NCBI GenBank assembly: GCA_946965045.2
Contig: OX337237.1
Location: 310,001 to 374,000, forward strand
Length of the DNA: 64,000 bases
Direction: 5' to 3'
Origin: Epithemia pelagica
Taxonomy: Eukaryota; Protista; Bacillariophyta
Of this stretch, positions 34,877-46,228 are shown one piece after another (position 1 is the first letter of the stretch; every line of letters begins with the position of its first letter). The notes under the pieces were generated by a model. The model searched no databases. It was given only the letters and a program-made list of their open reading frames with translations, and was not told the origin of the DNA. A program made the position numbers and the translations under genes.

Positions 34877-37009
34877 ATAGATTGCAATCATTACAATGTA
34901 GACAAACAAAACGTAACATGCTTCTCCTATGCCAATGAGAGTCGCGGAGTACTCCTAGGAGTATTTATCTAGGAGAAAGCTAGGACATCGGTAAAGTAGG
35001 TAGCTTTCCCTGGTACTGGGGGAGGGTCCGGTCGCGGTTGTTGGATCGAAATTTTCCGCAAAAGTCGGAGAAAACATGAATCCTTTCTCTCAAAATGCCA
35101 CAGGGTCCGGATTGCAGACACAGAACCTTGAATGTCGTTTTTCGTATTAGCCACATTCATTCCGATGGTTGGTTGATTTGACTATCCCGATGGAAGGGCG
35201 ATGGTATTGCTTTGGACGAGCTATTGCTATTATTTCTTTCCAAGACGATGATCTATTCCTCAAGCATGGAAGTGGCGATACATGGTCCATTATGAGAAAC
35301 ATTGGGTTGGCATAGCATAACAACTCGTTGAGGCGCCCCTTTGGTGCCGTGATTGGTGGCAATGCCAGAGCTGATGAGAATGCCACTGTCGTGACGACCA
35401 CCACCAGTAGTCGACGCGGAGTCAAGTCGAACTTTTGGCTCAGCGCAACACCGACATGCTCATTTATTCCGTCGCACATTCCCTATTCCGTCCCTGTGGA
35501 CCCACCGTTGCTTTTTGATCGATAATCCAACAGTGTCGATTGTTTCGCGTCGTTTTGCTCGCCGCATTTGATTTCCCAGTACAACTATGGACAGTTCCCG
35601 CGGTCGCGTCGCTTCTTGCTGGTATAATGATGCCTTGGCATTGGATGATTATTATTGGCAAGTGACTATCAATGGAGGGTTTGATGGTTCATGCGACAGT
35701 GTCACAAGGAGGAATAAACAGCAATCACATCAATCATACTAGTAGCTCTTCTAGGACCACGACGACATTTGCCTCACGATGTTCTCATTTCCGATATGGA
35801 GGAGAATGTAGATAGAAGTAGTCGTTCGTGGCGTGATCCGACCACAATCCGAATTGCTTCTCAACGCACCAGGATGAAGCTTGCTGGAACCTTGGAACCG
35901 CTTTTGGCGCACGACTACGCGTAATCAGAAAGGACCCAAACAGTGACTTGTGGTGATATAAATACTCCTAGAAAGCACGGACCGTCCACAGGTTTCTTAT
36001 GTTTATACCGGATTGGCAGTGGTACCTAGTACGTAGTTGTTCTATCTTCTTAACGCCGTTAAGATATTATGCGATACAAAGTGCCTCTCCACGCAACAAG
36101 ATCATGCAGCAGCAGGTGCGGATGTGTAAACCGGTATTGGTCCAAGATTGGCAGCAGTGGATGCCAACGAGTGAACCAGTTACTACTACGGCAGTTACTG
36201 AAAGCACGTTCGACGTGTTCTTTCTTCTTTCTCACAATTTTGCTCTCTTAGGCAGTGGCATGATCGCAGCGGCTGGCTACCGAGCTCTGGCACGCTCATA
36301 TTCTCAGAGATAGCTCCAAGGCTAAAAGTCATTCCTTATAAACAATACATCTAGGGCTCACTTGACGATTAGGTCTCTAAGAAGCTACAACCTAGTACAT
36401 CATTTTGGACTTGGTCCGCGATCCAGTACAGTTCGTTTTGGTTTCAGCAATTTGCCCGAGATGGATTGATTCTTGATTCTTCGTTTCTCTCACGAACTAC
36501 CATAATATTCTTCTTGTCTCCAGACTTCCTTGGTTCGATTTAGGTTCGACAATCAACTATGAGTGATGCGTGTTGCTAAATAATGGTTCATATTTCAATT
36601 ATTGACGATTGATAATGTAAAACGTACAATGGTGTATGCCCAAATCCCCACAACCCGTAATCAATAATCAATAACCGAAAATAGATTACCCAGCCCAAAA
36701 GAGCATGGACATCCCCCTATCCGATAATTGGCCATAGTCGAGGATGAGTAGCCTTATGTTTGTTTTACTCCTATGTTGGGTAGCCAATAGCTATACTCCT
36801 CCTAGGAGTACCAGTTACTGGTTAGAGCTATATATTATTGGGTTTTCCTGATGAAGGACGAAAACAACAAACAACCCACGGGATTGTAAACAAAAAATAA
36901 TACTCTGTTGTGGTGAAACACAAAAGTTTTCTTGCGACGTATCACGTGCATGCTCATAATTTTTTTTCCTTTTGCGACGACTTCTGTTTTTGAATCAAAC
37001 CACCACACC

Positions 37010-37690
37010 ATGTATATCCAAACAAGTGACGCTTCTCTTCACTCGACAGGTTCTACCATGACAACATCTCTTGTCGGGGCAGAATGTAAGTCGTCATCAC
37101 ACGACTGTACCATTCAAAAACGTGTCCGATTTGACGAACGATACAATCAAATCTTTGTCAACCATGGTCGATATGCCGAAGATTGTCACGAAACTTGGTA
37201 CGATGAGGACGACTATGATGACATGCGAGCATATAACAGATTCGTTATGGCTCACTTTCAACGACAAGAACCAAATGAACGACCACAAGAAGAAGATGCC
37301 AAGAACATGCTTCCAAACCAAGCAACAATTCTGCGTTCACTCTTTTATGTGGTCACATCGATTCGATATGAGGTGGGCGATGTCACCTCCATTCTCTCAC
37401 CTGCCTTGTCCAATCAATTGACTGCCTTGTATACCGGCAGTAGCAATGCGGCTATGGAATTGATTGGATTGGAACTCCATGTTGACAAGAGATTGAAACA
37501 AGAGGCACAGGCTCGAAGAGAAGCCATTCAAGAAGTTGTCTACGATGTCCAAAAGGAATACGACCGTGGTCTCTGGACGGATGAGGAACTTCAACGTGAA
37601 TTGCGAGACTGTTGTCTCAATCATTCTCAAGCATTTGGCCTGTTTGCACAACTTCAAGCCTTGGCTCAACTTGGAGCGATAGACTTCTGA
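37010..37690 (+). CDS. RVxF-motif family protein, tandem copy B
   Basis: ATG at 37010. LHSTGSTMTT, QKRVRFDERYNQ, YAEDCHETWY, MELIGLELHVDKR, ELRDCCLNHSQA. Confidence 0.85.
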   Translation: MYIQTSDASLHSTGSTMTTSLVGAECKSSSHDCTIQKRVRFDERYNQIFVNHGRYAEDCHETWYDEDDYDDMRAYNRFVMAHFQRQEPNERPQEEDAKNMLPNQATILRSLFYVVTSIRYEVGDVTSILSPALSNQLTALYTGSSNAAMELIGLELHVDKRLKQEAQARREAIQEVVYDVQKEYDRGLWTDEELQRELRDCCLNHSQAFGLFAQLQALAQLGAIDF

Positions 37691-38886
37691 ATCCACGAAA
37701 CCATCCTTTTGTAAGGTGCTGGATCCTTGTAACATCAGTAGTAACTCTAGAGTGCGATATATACTTTGTGTAACAGACAGGACTATGGCGGTCCGTCATA
37801 TTAAGACAACTCTGCCTACCAAGCAGAAGTACCAAACAATCGCTGGTAACTGCTGCTCTATGTGAGCATCCGTCAAAGATGAATGCTGCGGTTTTTGACG
37901 ATCGAGGAGAACTGGTCTCACCGCCTTATTCTTTTTCGGAGAATGATGGTACCAGGACTCAGGTATCGAGTGATGTTAGACCACAGAACCCATGACGTTT
38001 TACGAACACCGATATGGAGTACGAGCAGTACCTAGCTAGAGTTGGTCTATCATATTATCATTATCCCAGTTGCCTTCTATCAACCCGCTAAAACCATGGC
38101 AATGATGCCGTCGTAATGAGGAAACCAGTTTTGGTGCGCAAGACTACTATAATAGGACACCCACAAAACGTGATACCATATCATGAGAGATCCTGAGATG
38201 GAAACAACTCAACAAGTGACTGATGGCGGTGTCCCATAACGAAAGTGTGAACATGATTCCCAAAGAGTCGCTCGTTCCCATTATGGATTGTAAAAGTAGT
38301 ACTACCCTGTTATGATGATAGTGATACTAGGTGGTCTATCAGCCCACCACAAGATCACGCAGTGCGGCTGCCTGGTTAACGAAAAACCGGTATCGGCTCA
38401 AGACTAGATAAAACACACAACGGCAGATCTTGAACCGTGAGAGAGCACGGTGTGCCACAAGGACTTTAGGTGTGCCACACCGAACGCAAGGTCGACGTGT
38501 TTCTTTCTGCACACGATAGCGTGCAATGGCTGCCTTCCTATAGTACGACTCTTAACAATAATACACCGAGGGGTTCTCCCTACGAATCGGCCGCTAAACC
38601 GGTTTCGAGAACTGGATGGTTGCTGGTTCACAAGAAAAAACATTCGGATATTGTGTGGTCTAGATTCACATACAATTTTTATCCGAACCATCCCAACAAA
38701 CATATAAATAACGGAGCCCGGATTATCTCCTGTGTTGCGTGGTAGGGAGATGTCCGACCGAGCAAAAAAGCATAGGTATTATGACTTATGACATGTTATC
38801 TGCTAGTATGGTTGGGGCTGCAGGCTGAAAGCATGATGCATGATGGATGATGGCTTCTCTCTTCTCTTGGTTGCACGTGGCACTGG

Positions 38887-38917
38887 CACGTAACACGTAA
38901 CACGTAACACGTAACAC
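38887..38917. repeat. (CACGTAA)4 heptamer array upstream of RVxF copy C
   Basis: Four exact copies at 38887-38914 plus a partial fifth. Confidence 0.9.
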
Positions 38918-39269
38918 TACTATACCTAGCTAGTAGGCACTACGCCAACTTCGTGAACACTGAAATCGGTATTGTGTATTGTGAATAATTAGGGGGGAGT
39001 AATTGTAGTAGTTAGTAGTTGGCTGGTGCTGGCACACGAATCCTACGAATACAGTAGTGGGTTAGAGTCAGAAGAAGTAAGTAAGCGATATATGGAAAAA
39101 TAATATTGCAACGTCGAGATTTTAAACGGGATTGTTGTTGTCATGGCAAATGCCGAACCAACTCTAGTCGTAAAACGTTGTCTCCTTCTCGTTGTTTCTC
39201 GTGTCTCTTTTTCTGGGGTCCTACTCTTCTCATAAATTTCAGTGTGCAATTTGTCCAACAACAGCCATC

Positions 39270-39932
39270 ATGTACGACCTCCAAACAATTGACGATTCGG
39301 TTCACTCGACCGGTTCCACCATTCGGACAACCGCAGCCTCATCTAAGTCTTTTGGTTCGTCGTCCACAAGAACCATTCCAAACAAGAAGCGGGTGCGTTT
39401 TGACGAACGATACAATCAAAGCTTTGCCAACCATGACAGATATGCCGAAGACTGTCATGAAACGTGGTACGATCAGGACGACTACGACGACATGCGAGCC
39501 TATAATCGAATGTTGGTGGCTCGATTGCAACGACAAGAAGAACCACAAGACAAGAATGACGCTATCGAAATTTTACGTTCAACCTTGCATTTGGTCAAAT
39601 CGATTCGACATGTAGTGGACGATGCCACCACCATTCTTACACCTGTCGTGTCCAAACAATTGGCAACCTTGTATACCGGTAGCGATGCGGCTTTGGAGTT
39701 GATTGGATTGGAACTCCATGTGGACAAGCGATTGAAACAAGAGGCACGAATCCGGAGAGAAGCCATTCAAGATGTGGTCTACGATATCCAAACGGAACAC
39801 GACCGTGGTCTCTTTTTGAACAATGAAGAATTGCAATGTGAATTGCGAGACTGTTGTCTCAATTATTCTCAAGCCCTTGGTCTGTTTGCACAATTGCAAG
39901 CGCTGGCACAACTTGCGGCGGGAGACTGCTGA
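39270..39932 (+). CDS. RVxF-motif family protein, tandem copy C
   Basis: ATG at 39270. VHSTGSTIRT, KKRVRFDERYNQ, YAEDCHETWY, LELIGLELHVDKR, ELRDCCLNYSQA. Confidence 0.85.
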   Translation: MYDLQTIDDSVHSTGSTIRTTAASSKSFGSSSTRTIPNKKRVRFDERYNQSFANHDRYAEDCHETWYDQDDYDDMRAYNRMLVARLQRQEEPQDKNDAIEILRSTLHLVKSIRHVVDDATTILTPVVSKQLATLYTGSDAALELIGLELHVDKRLKQEARIRREAIQDVVYDIQTEHDRGLFLNNEELQCELRDCCLNYSQALGLFAQLQALAQLAAGDC

Positions 39933-40928
39933 GTCCAAGAAATTGTGTGTTGGTGTGGACTCTTCTTGAGAAGAAACAAAAGAAGTGTTGTTTCCTCATT
40001 GTAAAACTTGTGTAATACTACCAATCCAATACTAGAGAATGTGATTTATGGACAAGTACATTTTGCAGGGAGTCACTCCTATATTGGGGCGACGGAAACC
40101 AGAAAAGCGCCCGCTATGGACGAGAATCGATTCCACATCTTGACATTGCAAAAGCAGAAACACGACCATGGTTACTGGACAGATCATCTGCATGGAATTG
40201 CGATAGTGTTTTCTTAACTACTAGGCTTGGTGGTGTGGGCACAATTTGCAGGAACCAATGGAATGGAACCATGTACAAAACTTGTCGACAAACTATAGGC
40301 GACAATGATTGGAATACAGCATGTACTGCGACAATCGATCGATCTTCGTTCCTCCGTATCATGGTGTGTAGGATGGGTAGCTACCCATCCGATTGATCTG
40401 AGATTTATGTGGGAGGAATTTGGGGGATGCAGTCGCGGTTTTGATGGATCGAAATTTCCCCGTCTCAACTCTCAACGCATCTCATTGTGTCCCATGAGAG
40501 CGAATCGATGGTTCGTGTCAAGGACTGCACTGTAACTATATGTATCCATTGAATCGGTTGAAGAAACATGTTGATGTACTACGACGCTGGATGATGAGGT
40601 GGTGTGGAAGCGCAAGTGGTCGGTGGTGGTGGTGGCTCTCCAATACTTCTTCATATTTTTGAGTGTGGTGAATGGTTGCAGTTGTGTGTGGTGGACAACG
40701 ATTCTCGGCTTGTTTTTTTTTTTGGTTGTACATTGAATCCGGTTTGGTTTCGTCGCCCTTGTAACGTATACCATGGTCCTGCAACTCTCCGCTGCCAAGG
40801 GGGATATCCTGCGAATAACGTTGGAACACCAGGTGTCGTCGTCGTCTCTACTGGTGTCCACCACCGAATTGTCTTGTACTGATCCGTGTCCTAGAAGTAC
40901 TGGTTCTCCTTGCCCTGCTGCAACAACC

Positions 40929-41771
40929 ATGCCCCATTCGTTAGCCACCCCACCACCATTTCCCACATCAACAAGTCCTTGTGTCCCACGAGGACGACGA
41001 CGGGTTTCCTTTGAGGAAGGGAACAATCAAAGTTATCCACCACCATTCCATGGTCAAGACGACGACACTAGGATCCACAACACGTGGTACACCCTAGAAG
41101 AGTATCAACAAATGCGATGCGACATGAAACGAACCATTCAGCAATTGCAACGCACGACCCGTACCATGACATCACCCAAGCAACAACCACAACCCTCCTC
41201 CTACCACCACAAGCACGAAGAAGAAAAACAAGCCGAACACGATCGTCGTCGTCATCAGTGCTTGTAAGTATCCTTGCCCGAAATTTTGGCATTCATTTTT
41301 GACATGATTGTCATGTCGACCGACTATGGTACTACATTCGACCACGAGGAGGAAGAATACGAAGATGAAGACGAACAAGACCAAGAGGATCTATCTTCCT
41401 GTTTGTTATCCCATGAGATCGACAAAGTCTTTCGTCTCTTGTACAACAACAGCAACAACACATCTCCAGATAATAATGACGATGACGATGACGATGACAC
41501 TTTATTCTTGTACGAATTGATTGGTCTGGAACGTCAAGTTCAACCAGGATTGCGACATGAAGTCAAGGATCGACGAGACCACCTGCACCATGTCGTGTGG
41601 GAGATTCAACACGATTGCCATACCGGATACTTGTCGCCTGACAAAGGTTCGTCGGAATTGCAACGTTCCTGTCGTCTCTGGTCGCGGGCCTTGACACTGT
41701 TTGCCACCAGTCAAGCCAAGGCCGTGGCGGCGGCGAGTACTACGACGCCTACAACTACAACAATGAGATAG
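40929..41771 (+). pseudogene. RVxF-motif family protein, divergent copy D with in-frame TAA at 41265-41267
   Basis: RRRVSFEEGNNQ and TWYTLEEYQQMR lie upstream; YELIGLERQV and ELQRSCRLWSRALTLFA lie downstream in the same frame, separated by one stop. Confidence 0.7.
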
Positions 41772-42194
41772 TAGTGGCTTCTTCATAGTAGAAACAGGGG
41801 ATAAGAGAAGTGAATCGAACATAAGATGACCATAATGTCAACAGGGACGGTGTTTGTGTAGAATGGGATACATTGTTACAACGACCCTGTTTGAAAAGTC
41901 TAAAGACACAGCACGGTCCTCCAACAGGAGGTGTATATTTTCTGTCCTCCGTGCGTAGCGTAATTTTGGCCTCTTGTTTTTTTCCTAGTACAAATGTTTT
42001 TTCCCACCATCGCTCTCTAGTAGAAACATATTCTCAAACGCAAAGCAATATAGTATGATGGTGCAACTCTGTATTTAGATGATGATATAGTTGTAGTTGT
42101 TGTAGAAGTATCTCCCCTCCATTCTTCTTTTGCGTCCCCTGACCTTCCCTCCCCTCCTATTCACACATGTGTGCCCGATTCCTGTTCTTGTTTT

Positions 42195-45100
42195 CTATTG
42201 TGTGCCACCACCACCATTTCCACCCAATTTGGATCCATATTTGGCATCCAACAAGAATTTGGGACCGACCGGGACAGTCACGGACCGACGTCGTGTCGAT
42301 GTGGATCGAAACGTGTTGGTACTGGTGACGGTCGCCGAATCATCGACATCGCCATACACACTATTGGTGCCACTCGCACTACTTCCGGGCGTGATTTTTT
42401 TGCTCCCATACTTGGCATCCAACAAGAATTTGGGACCGACCGGCACGGTCGTGGACCGATGTCGTGTCGACGTGGATCGGAACGTGTTGATGCTGGTGAC
42501 CGTCGCCGAATCATCCACATCGCCATACACACTGGCACCACCACTCACACTACTTCCGGGTGTAATTTTTTTGCTCCCATACTTGGCATCCAACAAAAAT
42601 TTGGGGCCGACGGGCACGGTCGTGGAACGACGGGAGGTGACACTAGCGGCCATGCTGCGTCGACTCGTGACAGTCGCTGTATCATCGTCGAATCCCGAAT
42701 GACTGTGGTGTGGATGAAAGTGATCTCGACTATTGCCGGGGACGGTGGTTTTGACTCCATACTTGGCATCCAATCGGAATTTGGGTGCCACGGCCACCGT
42801 CGTGGTACGACGAGTGCTCCGAGACGGTTTGGGTTGCACCAATTTGGAGGTACTACTTGTTGACTCCATGACGGGAACGGGTTTGGTTCCATATTTGGAT
42901 TCCAACATGAATTTGGGACCCACGGGGACAGTCGGTCCACGAGGTTTGCTCGAGACGCGTTTGGGTTCCACAGTTGCCGTAGTTGCAGTCGTCATGGAGG
43001 CTCGACTTCGTTTCGAAGTGGCAAATTTGGGCGATTGAGGACGAGTCGGAACAAAGTCGGTTCCATATTTGCGCCGGGCCACGGCGGTAGCCGAAGTGCT
43101 CACGGATGTGACCGAAGCACCCGATGGAGATGTTTTACTACCACTTCCACCGTGCGGTTGCATGTACAAATAGCGTTCCGAAAGAGGAATGCGGCGTGGC
43201 GTTTTGATGCTGCTCCGTGGCTTGCCACCACTACTAGTTGCCGTAGTAGTAGTGCTGGTTTTCGGAGGTTTGGCCTTTTTCTTGGACGTTTCCGTCGTCG
43301 TAGTACTGGATGGCGACTTGCCCTCTTGTTGTTTTTGACGACGACGTTGTTGGGACAAGAGTGTGGCGGCCGATATTTTGCGTTGTGGAGGCGCTTTTGT
43401 TGTCGTCGTCGTCGTGGATGACCCGTTCCCAGAAGCAGCAATCAAGGATCGTCCCCGCACATTGGGAGCATTTTCCTTGGTCAACATCACGGGAGAGTGT
43501 TGTTGTTGCTGCTGCTGCTTTTGTTTGAGAGCACGCGAATGCACTCGCGCTCGTGCCCGTGCTTGTCCTTCTTCGGGGGACATCATCATGGTGCGTGAGG
43601 AGGAGGATGAAGCACTGGTGGTTGGTGGGGGCGAGGAAAAGGGCAGGGTACCAGTTCTACTACTCGTAGTAGAAGGGATACCACTGGTGGTTCCTCCTCG
43701 CTTGGTGGCAGCGACAGCAGCACGTTGCATGGTAGGAATCGAACTCGTGCGAGGACCGTTTCGTTGCGTGGTCGATTTGGAAGTGCTGCTGGAGGTAGTG
43801 GCAGTTGATCGTCTCGACGCCGCCGAAATAAATGTCGTTCTTGATGCCGAACGAGAAGGACTATTGCTTGTATTTTTTGACGTAGAAGTTTTGGGTGTTG
43901 TCATCGTAGAAGTAGTGGTTGAACGACGACCTCCCGACACTGGTTTGGATTTCGATGCGTCTGCTGCTGCTGCTGCCACGGGAGACGACAGTGGCGTATT
44001 GTTATTCGGATGGTGATTGGAATGCGACGGTGTCTTGCCCAATTCTTCATTCAAAATGGCATCAAAAAAGTCATCCTCGTCCAACGTATCGTCCAATGGT
44101 GGATTCTTCAAAGCGGATGCAGGCAATGGTTCTGGTTCTGGAATGGATTCATCAATGGGTATTGTTGTTGTTGTTGTTGTTGTATTCGCTTCCTGTTCTG
44201 GTCCACGAGCAGGAGTGACGCTGGTTGCCACAGGCGAGGCTACGACAGTCGAGACACTTGGACTTGCAGCCGCAGATGCTGCCGCATGGACAGGAGTATT
44301 GTTGGCAATGGGCGAGGGAATGGTCGTCACAGAAGGACTACTACTAGTTGCGATTCCACAATCCTCCATTTTCTTTTCCTCTTGTCGTGTCTCCAAATCG
44401 GCTGGTTCGTTGTTGGTATTTTTGTCCTTGTTGGGACTTGTCGTCGTCGTCATAGTAGTAGTAGTTGGCTCTGATTCGGGTTGCTGCTTGGCCAGTGGTT
44501 CGGCCGTTTCACTGCCACCCCCATCTTCATCCTCGCCTTCGGGAACCAAGGTAAGCGTCGCCGCAGCAGGAGTTGATGGAGGAGGTACTGCTTTGGTGGC
44601 TGGAGGCGTACGAACAACCGTGGTGGTGGCTTGCACAAACTCCACAACATTCGTTGGAGCCGAAGTAGGAGCCTCGATAGGTTTGGTCTTTTTGGCATTC
44701 TCTTCTTCTTGCGATGGCGTGGGAGAGGGAGGGAGGGACAAGTTGGAGGGAACCGGTGCGGGGGAGGATTCCTGAATGAGATTCAGGACGGTATGAAGCA
44801 CCGTTTCTTGTTCGGCAAAGAGCGATTCGGGATACTGGGTTTCTTCTTCTTCGTCATTATCCTCATTGTCATGTGCGGATTCCTCCGTTGGTGGTTGGTG
44901 AGAAGGTGGTGGTGGTTCGACCGCCGCGACCGGAGTAGAAGCAGGAGCCGCCATAAGGTGATGGGGCAAGTCTGGTACTTCTTCGTCCAAATCTTGCGAG
45001 GCATTGGTCATCATCATGGCACAGGAGGAGGAGGGACTGGCCATGCTCCAGGGCGGCAGCTGTTGGCCATGGTGATTGGAATACAAGTGCGACTGTTGCT

Positions 45101-45431
45101 TGTTGTGGTTGCTCGTATTGCCCAGGGGAGTGGTCAATTTCATGGCGAGACATTGTTCCAATTGTCGTTCTTGTTCGGCAAAGACCGATTTGGGATATTC
45201 GTGAGGAGCCATGTGTTCCTCATCGTCGTCTTCCGTAGTACTAGTGGGAGGAAGGGAAGAAGATGCATGTTCGTCAACTCCTTCGTCCAAGGAGTTGCCC
45301 TTCAAACCTGGATGCGATTCGTCTTGTTGCAAAGGACTTTGCGTATCAATCACCAACGACGACGATGTCGATGAGACAAGGGAAGAAGGAGACGCCATGG
45401 CAGTATTGGGAGAGGGAATGGTGGTCGCCAT
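42195..45431 (-). CDS. Large low-complexity protein with C-terminal T-V-P-V-G-P-K-F-x-L-x-x-K-Y-G repeats (TPX2-like, putative microtubule-binding)
   Basis: ORF of about 1078 aa from ATG 45431. Acidic/Pro-rich N-terminal half, basic Ser/Thr-rich C-terminal half, five full repeats plus one degenerate PQSPKFATSKR. Confidence 0.75.
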   Translation of the reverse strand: MATTIPSPNTAMASPSSLVSSTSSSLVIDTQSPLQQDESHPGLKGNSLDEGVDEHASSSLPPTSTTEDDDEEHMAPHEYPKSVFAEQERQLEQCLAMKLTTPLGNTSNHNKQQSHLYSNHHGQQLPPWSMASPSSSCAMMMTNASQDLDEEVPDLPHHLMAAPASTPVAAVEPPPPSHQPPTEESAHDNEDNDEEEETQYPESLFAEQETVLHTVLNLIQESSPAPVPSNLSLPPSPTPSQEEENAKKTKPIEAPTSAPTNVVEFVQATTTVVRTPPATKAVPPPSTPAAATLTLVPEGEDEDGGGSETAEPLAKQQPESEPTTTTMTTTTSPNKDKNTNNEPADLETRQEEKKMEDCGIATSSSPSVTTIPSPIANNTPVHAAASAAASPSVSTVVASPVATSVTPARGPEQEANTTTTTTTIPIDESIPEPEPLPASALKNPPLDDTLDEDDFFDAILNEELGKTPSHSNHHPNNNTPLSSPVAAAAADASKSKPVSGGRRSTTTSTMTTPKTSTSKNTSNSPSRSASRTTFISAASRRSTATTSSSTSKSTTQRNGPRTSSIPTMQRAAVAATKRGGTTSGIPSTTSSRTGTLPFSSPPPTTSASSSSSRTMMMSPEEGQARARARVHSRALKQKQQQQQQHSPVMLTKENAPNVRGRSLIAASGNGSSTTTTTTKAPPQRKISAATLLSQQRRRQKQQEGKSPSSTTTTETSKKKAKPPKTSTTTTATSSGGKPRSSIKTPRRIPLSERYLYMQPHGGSGSKTSPSGASVTSVSTSATAVARRKYGTDFVPTRPQSPKFATSKRSRASMTTATTATVEPKRVSSKPRGPTVPVGPKFMLESKYGTKPVPVMESTSSTSKLVQPKPSRSTRRTTTVAVAPKFRLDAKYGVKTTVPGNSRDHFHPHHSHSGFDDDTATVTSRRSMAASVTSRRSTTVPVGPKFLLDAKYGSKKITPGSSVSGGASVYGDVDDSATVTSINTFRSTSTRHRSTTVPVGPKFLLDAKYGSKKITPGSSASGTNSVYGDVDDSATVTSTNTFRSTSTRRRSVTVPVGPKFLLDAKYGSKLGGNGGGGTQ

Positions 45432-46228
45432 GATCACACAACACAAACACACGCCTCAATTTCAATCAATCTGCAATCAATCAATGCAATCAATCCGACG
45501 AAACCAGAGAGAAGGGGGGACTCCAAAAACGACACTGAGAAACACACAAACGTATAGAGCAGATCCTCAAACGAAAAATGCCTCGATATATAATATTGTT
45601 GCGTGATCTGGTATCTCCCTTACGGCCCTTGTTGTTGTTGCGTCTCGGGTACGAGAAGAATCTGGTGTGGTGGTGGTGTGATTCCTTCCTTCCGTCCACC
45701 AGGTTGTCGTTGTCGTTGTCGTTGTCGTTATCGTTGTTGGTCTCGCTGTCGCTGCTGGTTTGCTTCCGCTCTCGCAGAATTGGACAAACGGTAATGTGTC
45801 TTACTCTGTACAAAAGTGTACGACTAACCCTCAAACTGTACGCTGTCACGCTAACGTTCCAGGCGAACGGCTGGCGAGGATCGTCCGGCGTTTTGTCGAT
45901 GGCTGGCGATTCGCGTGACGCCGCACGGACGGACGGAATCTGGCGCCGATGTGACACGACGCACGCACGCCGTGGCTGTTCCCGCGGCGGTGGTGGAGGT
46001 GGAGGTGGTGGAGGAGGTGGAGGTGGTCGCCCAATCAAGATGGTCCATGGACAACGACAACAACGACAACGACGAAGTATACTCCAGTCGTCTTGTTCCT
46101 TTGCGTGGTTTGGTCCTGCTCTGTATTGACTCCCCCGTTCTCTCTCCAAGAAACAATCATCCTCCTACGATCATTACACAGTATCCTTTCTACCACAATC
46201 GACAACAACAACAACAACAACAACAAGC

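Noticed and set aside
42130-45374. Plus-strand ORFs such as 42171..42863, 43363..44016, 44017..44775 and 44631..45374
   Set aside because: Antisense shadows of the low-complexity minus-strand gene; Val/Gly-rich composition mirrors its Thr/Pro codons.
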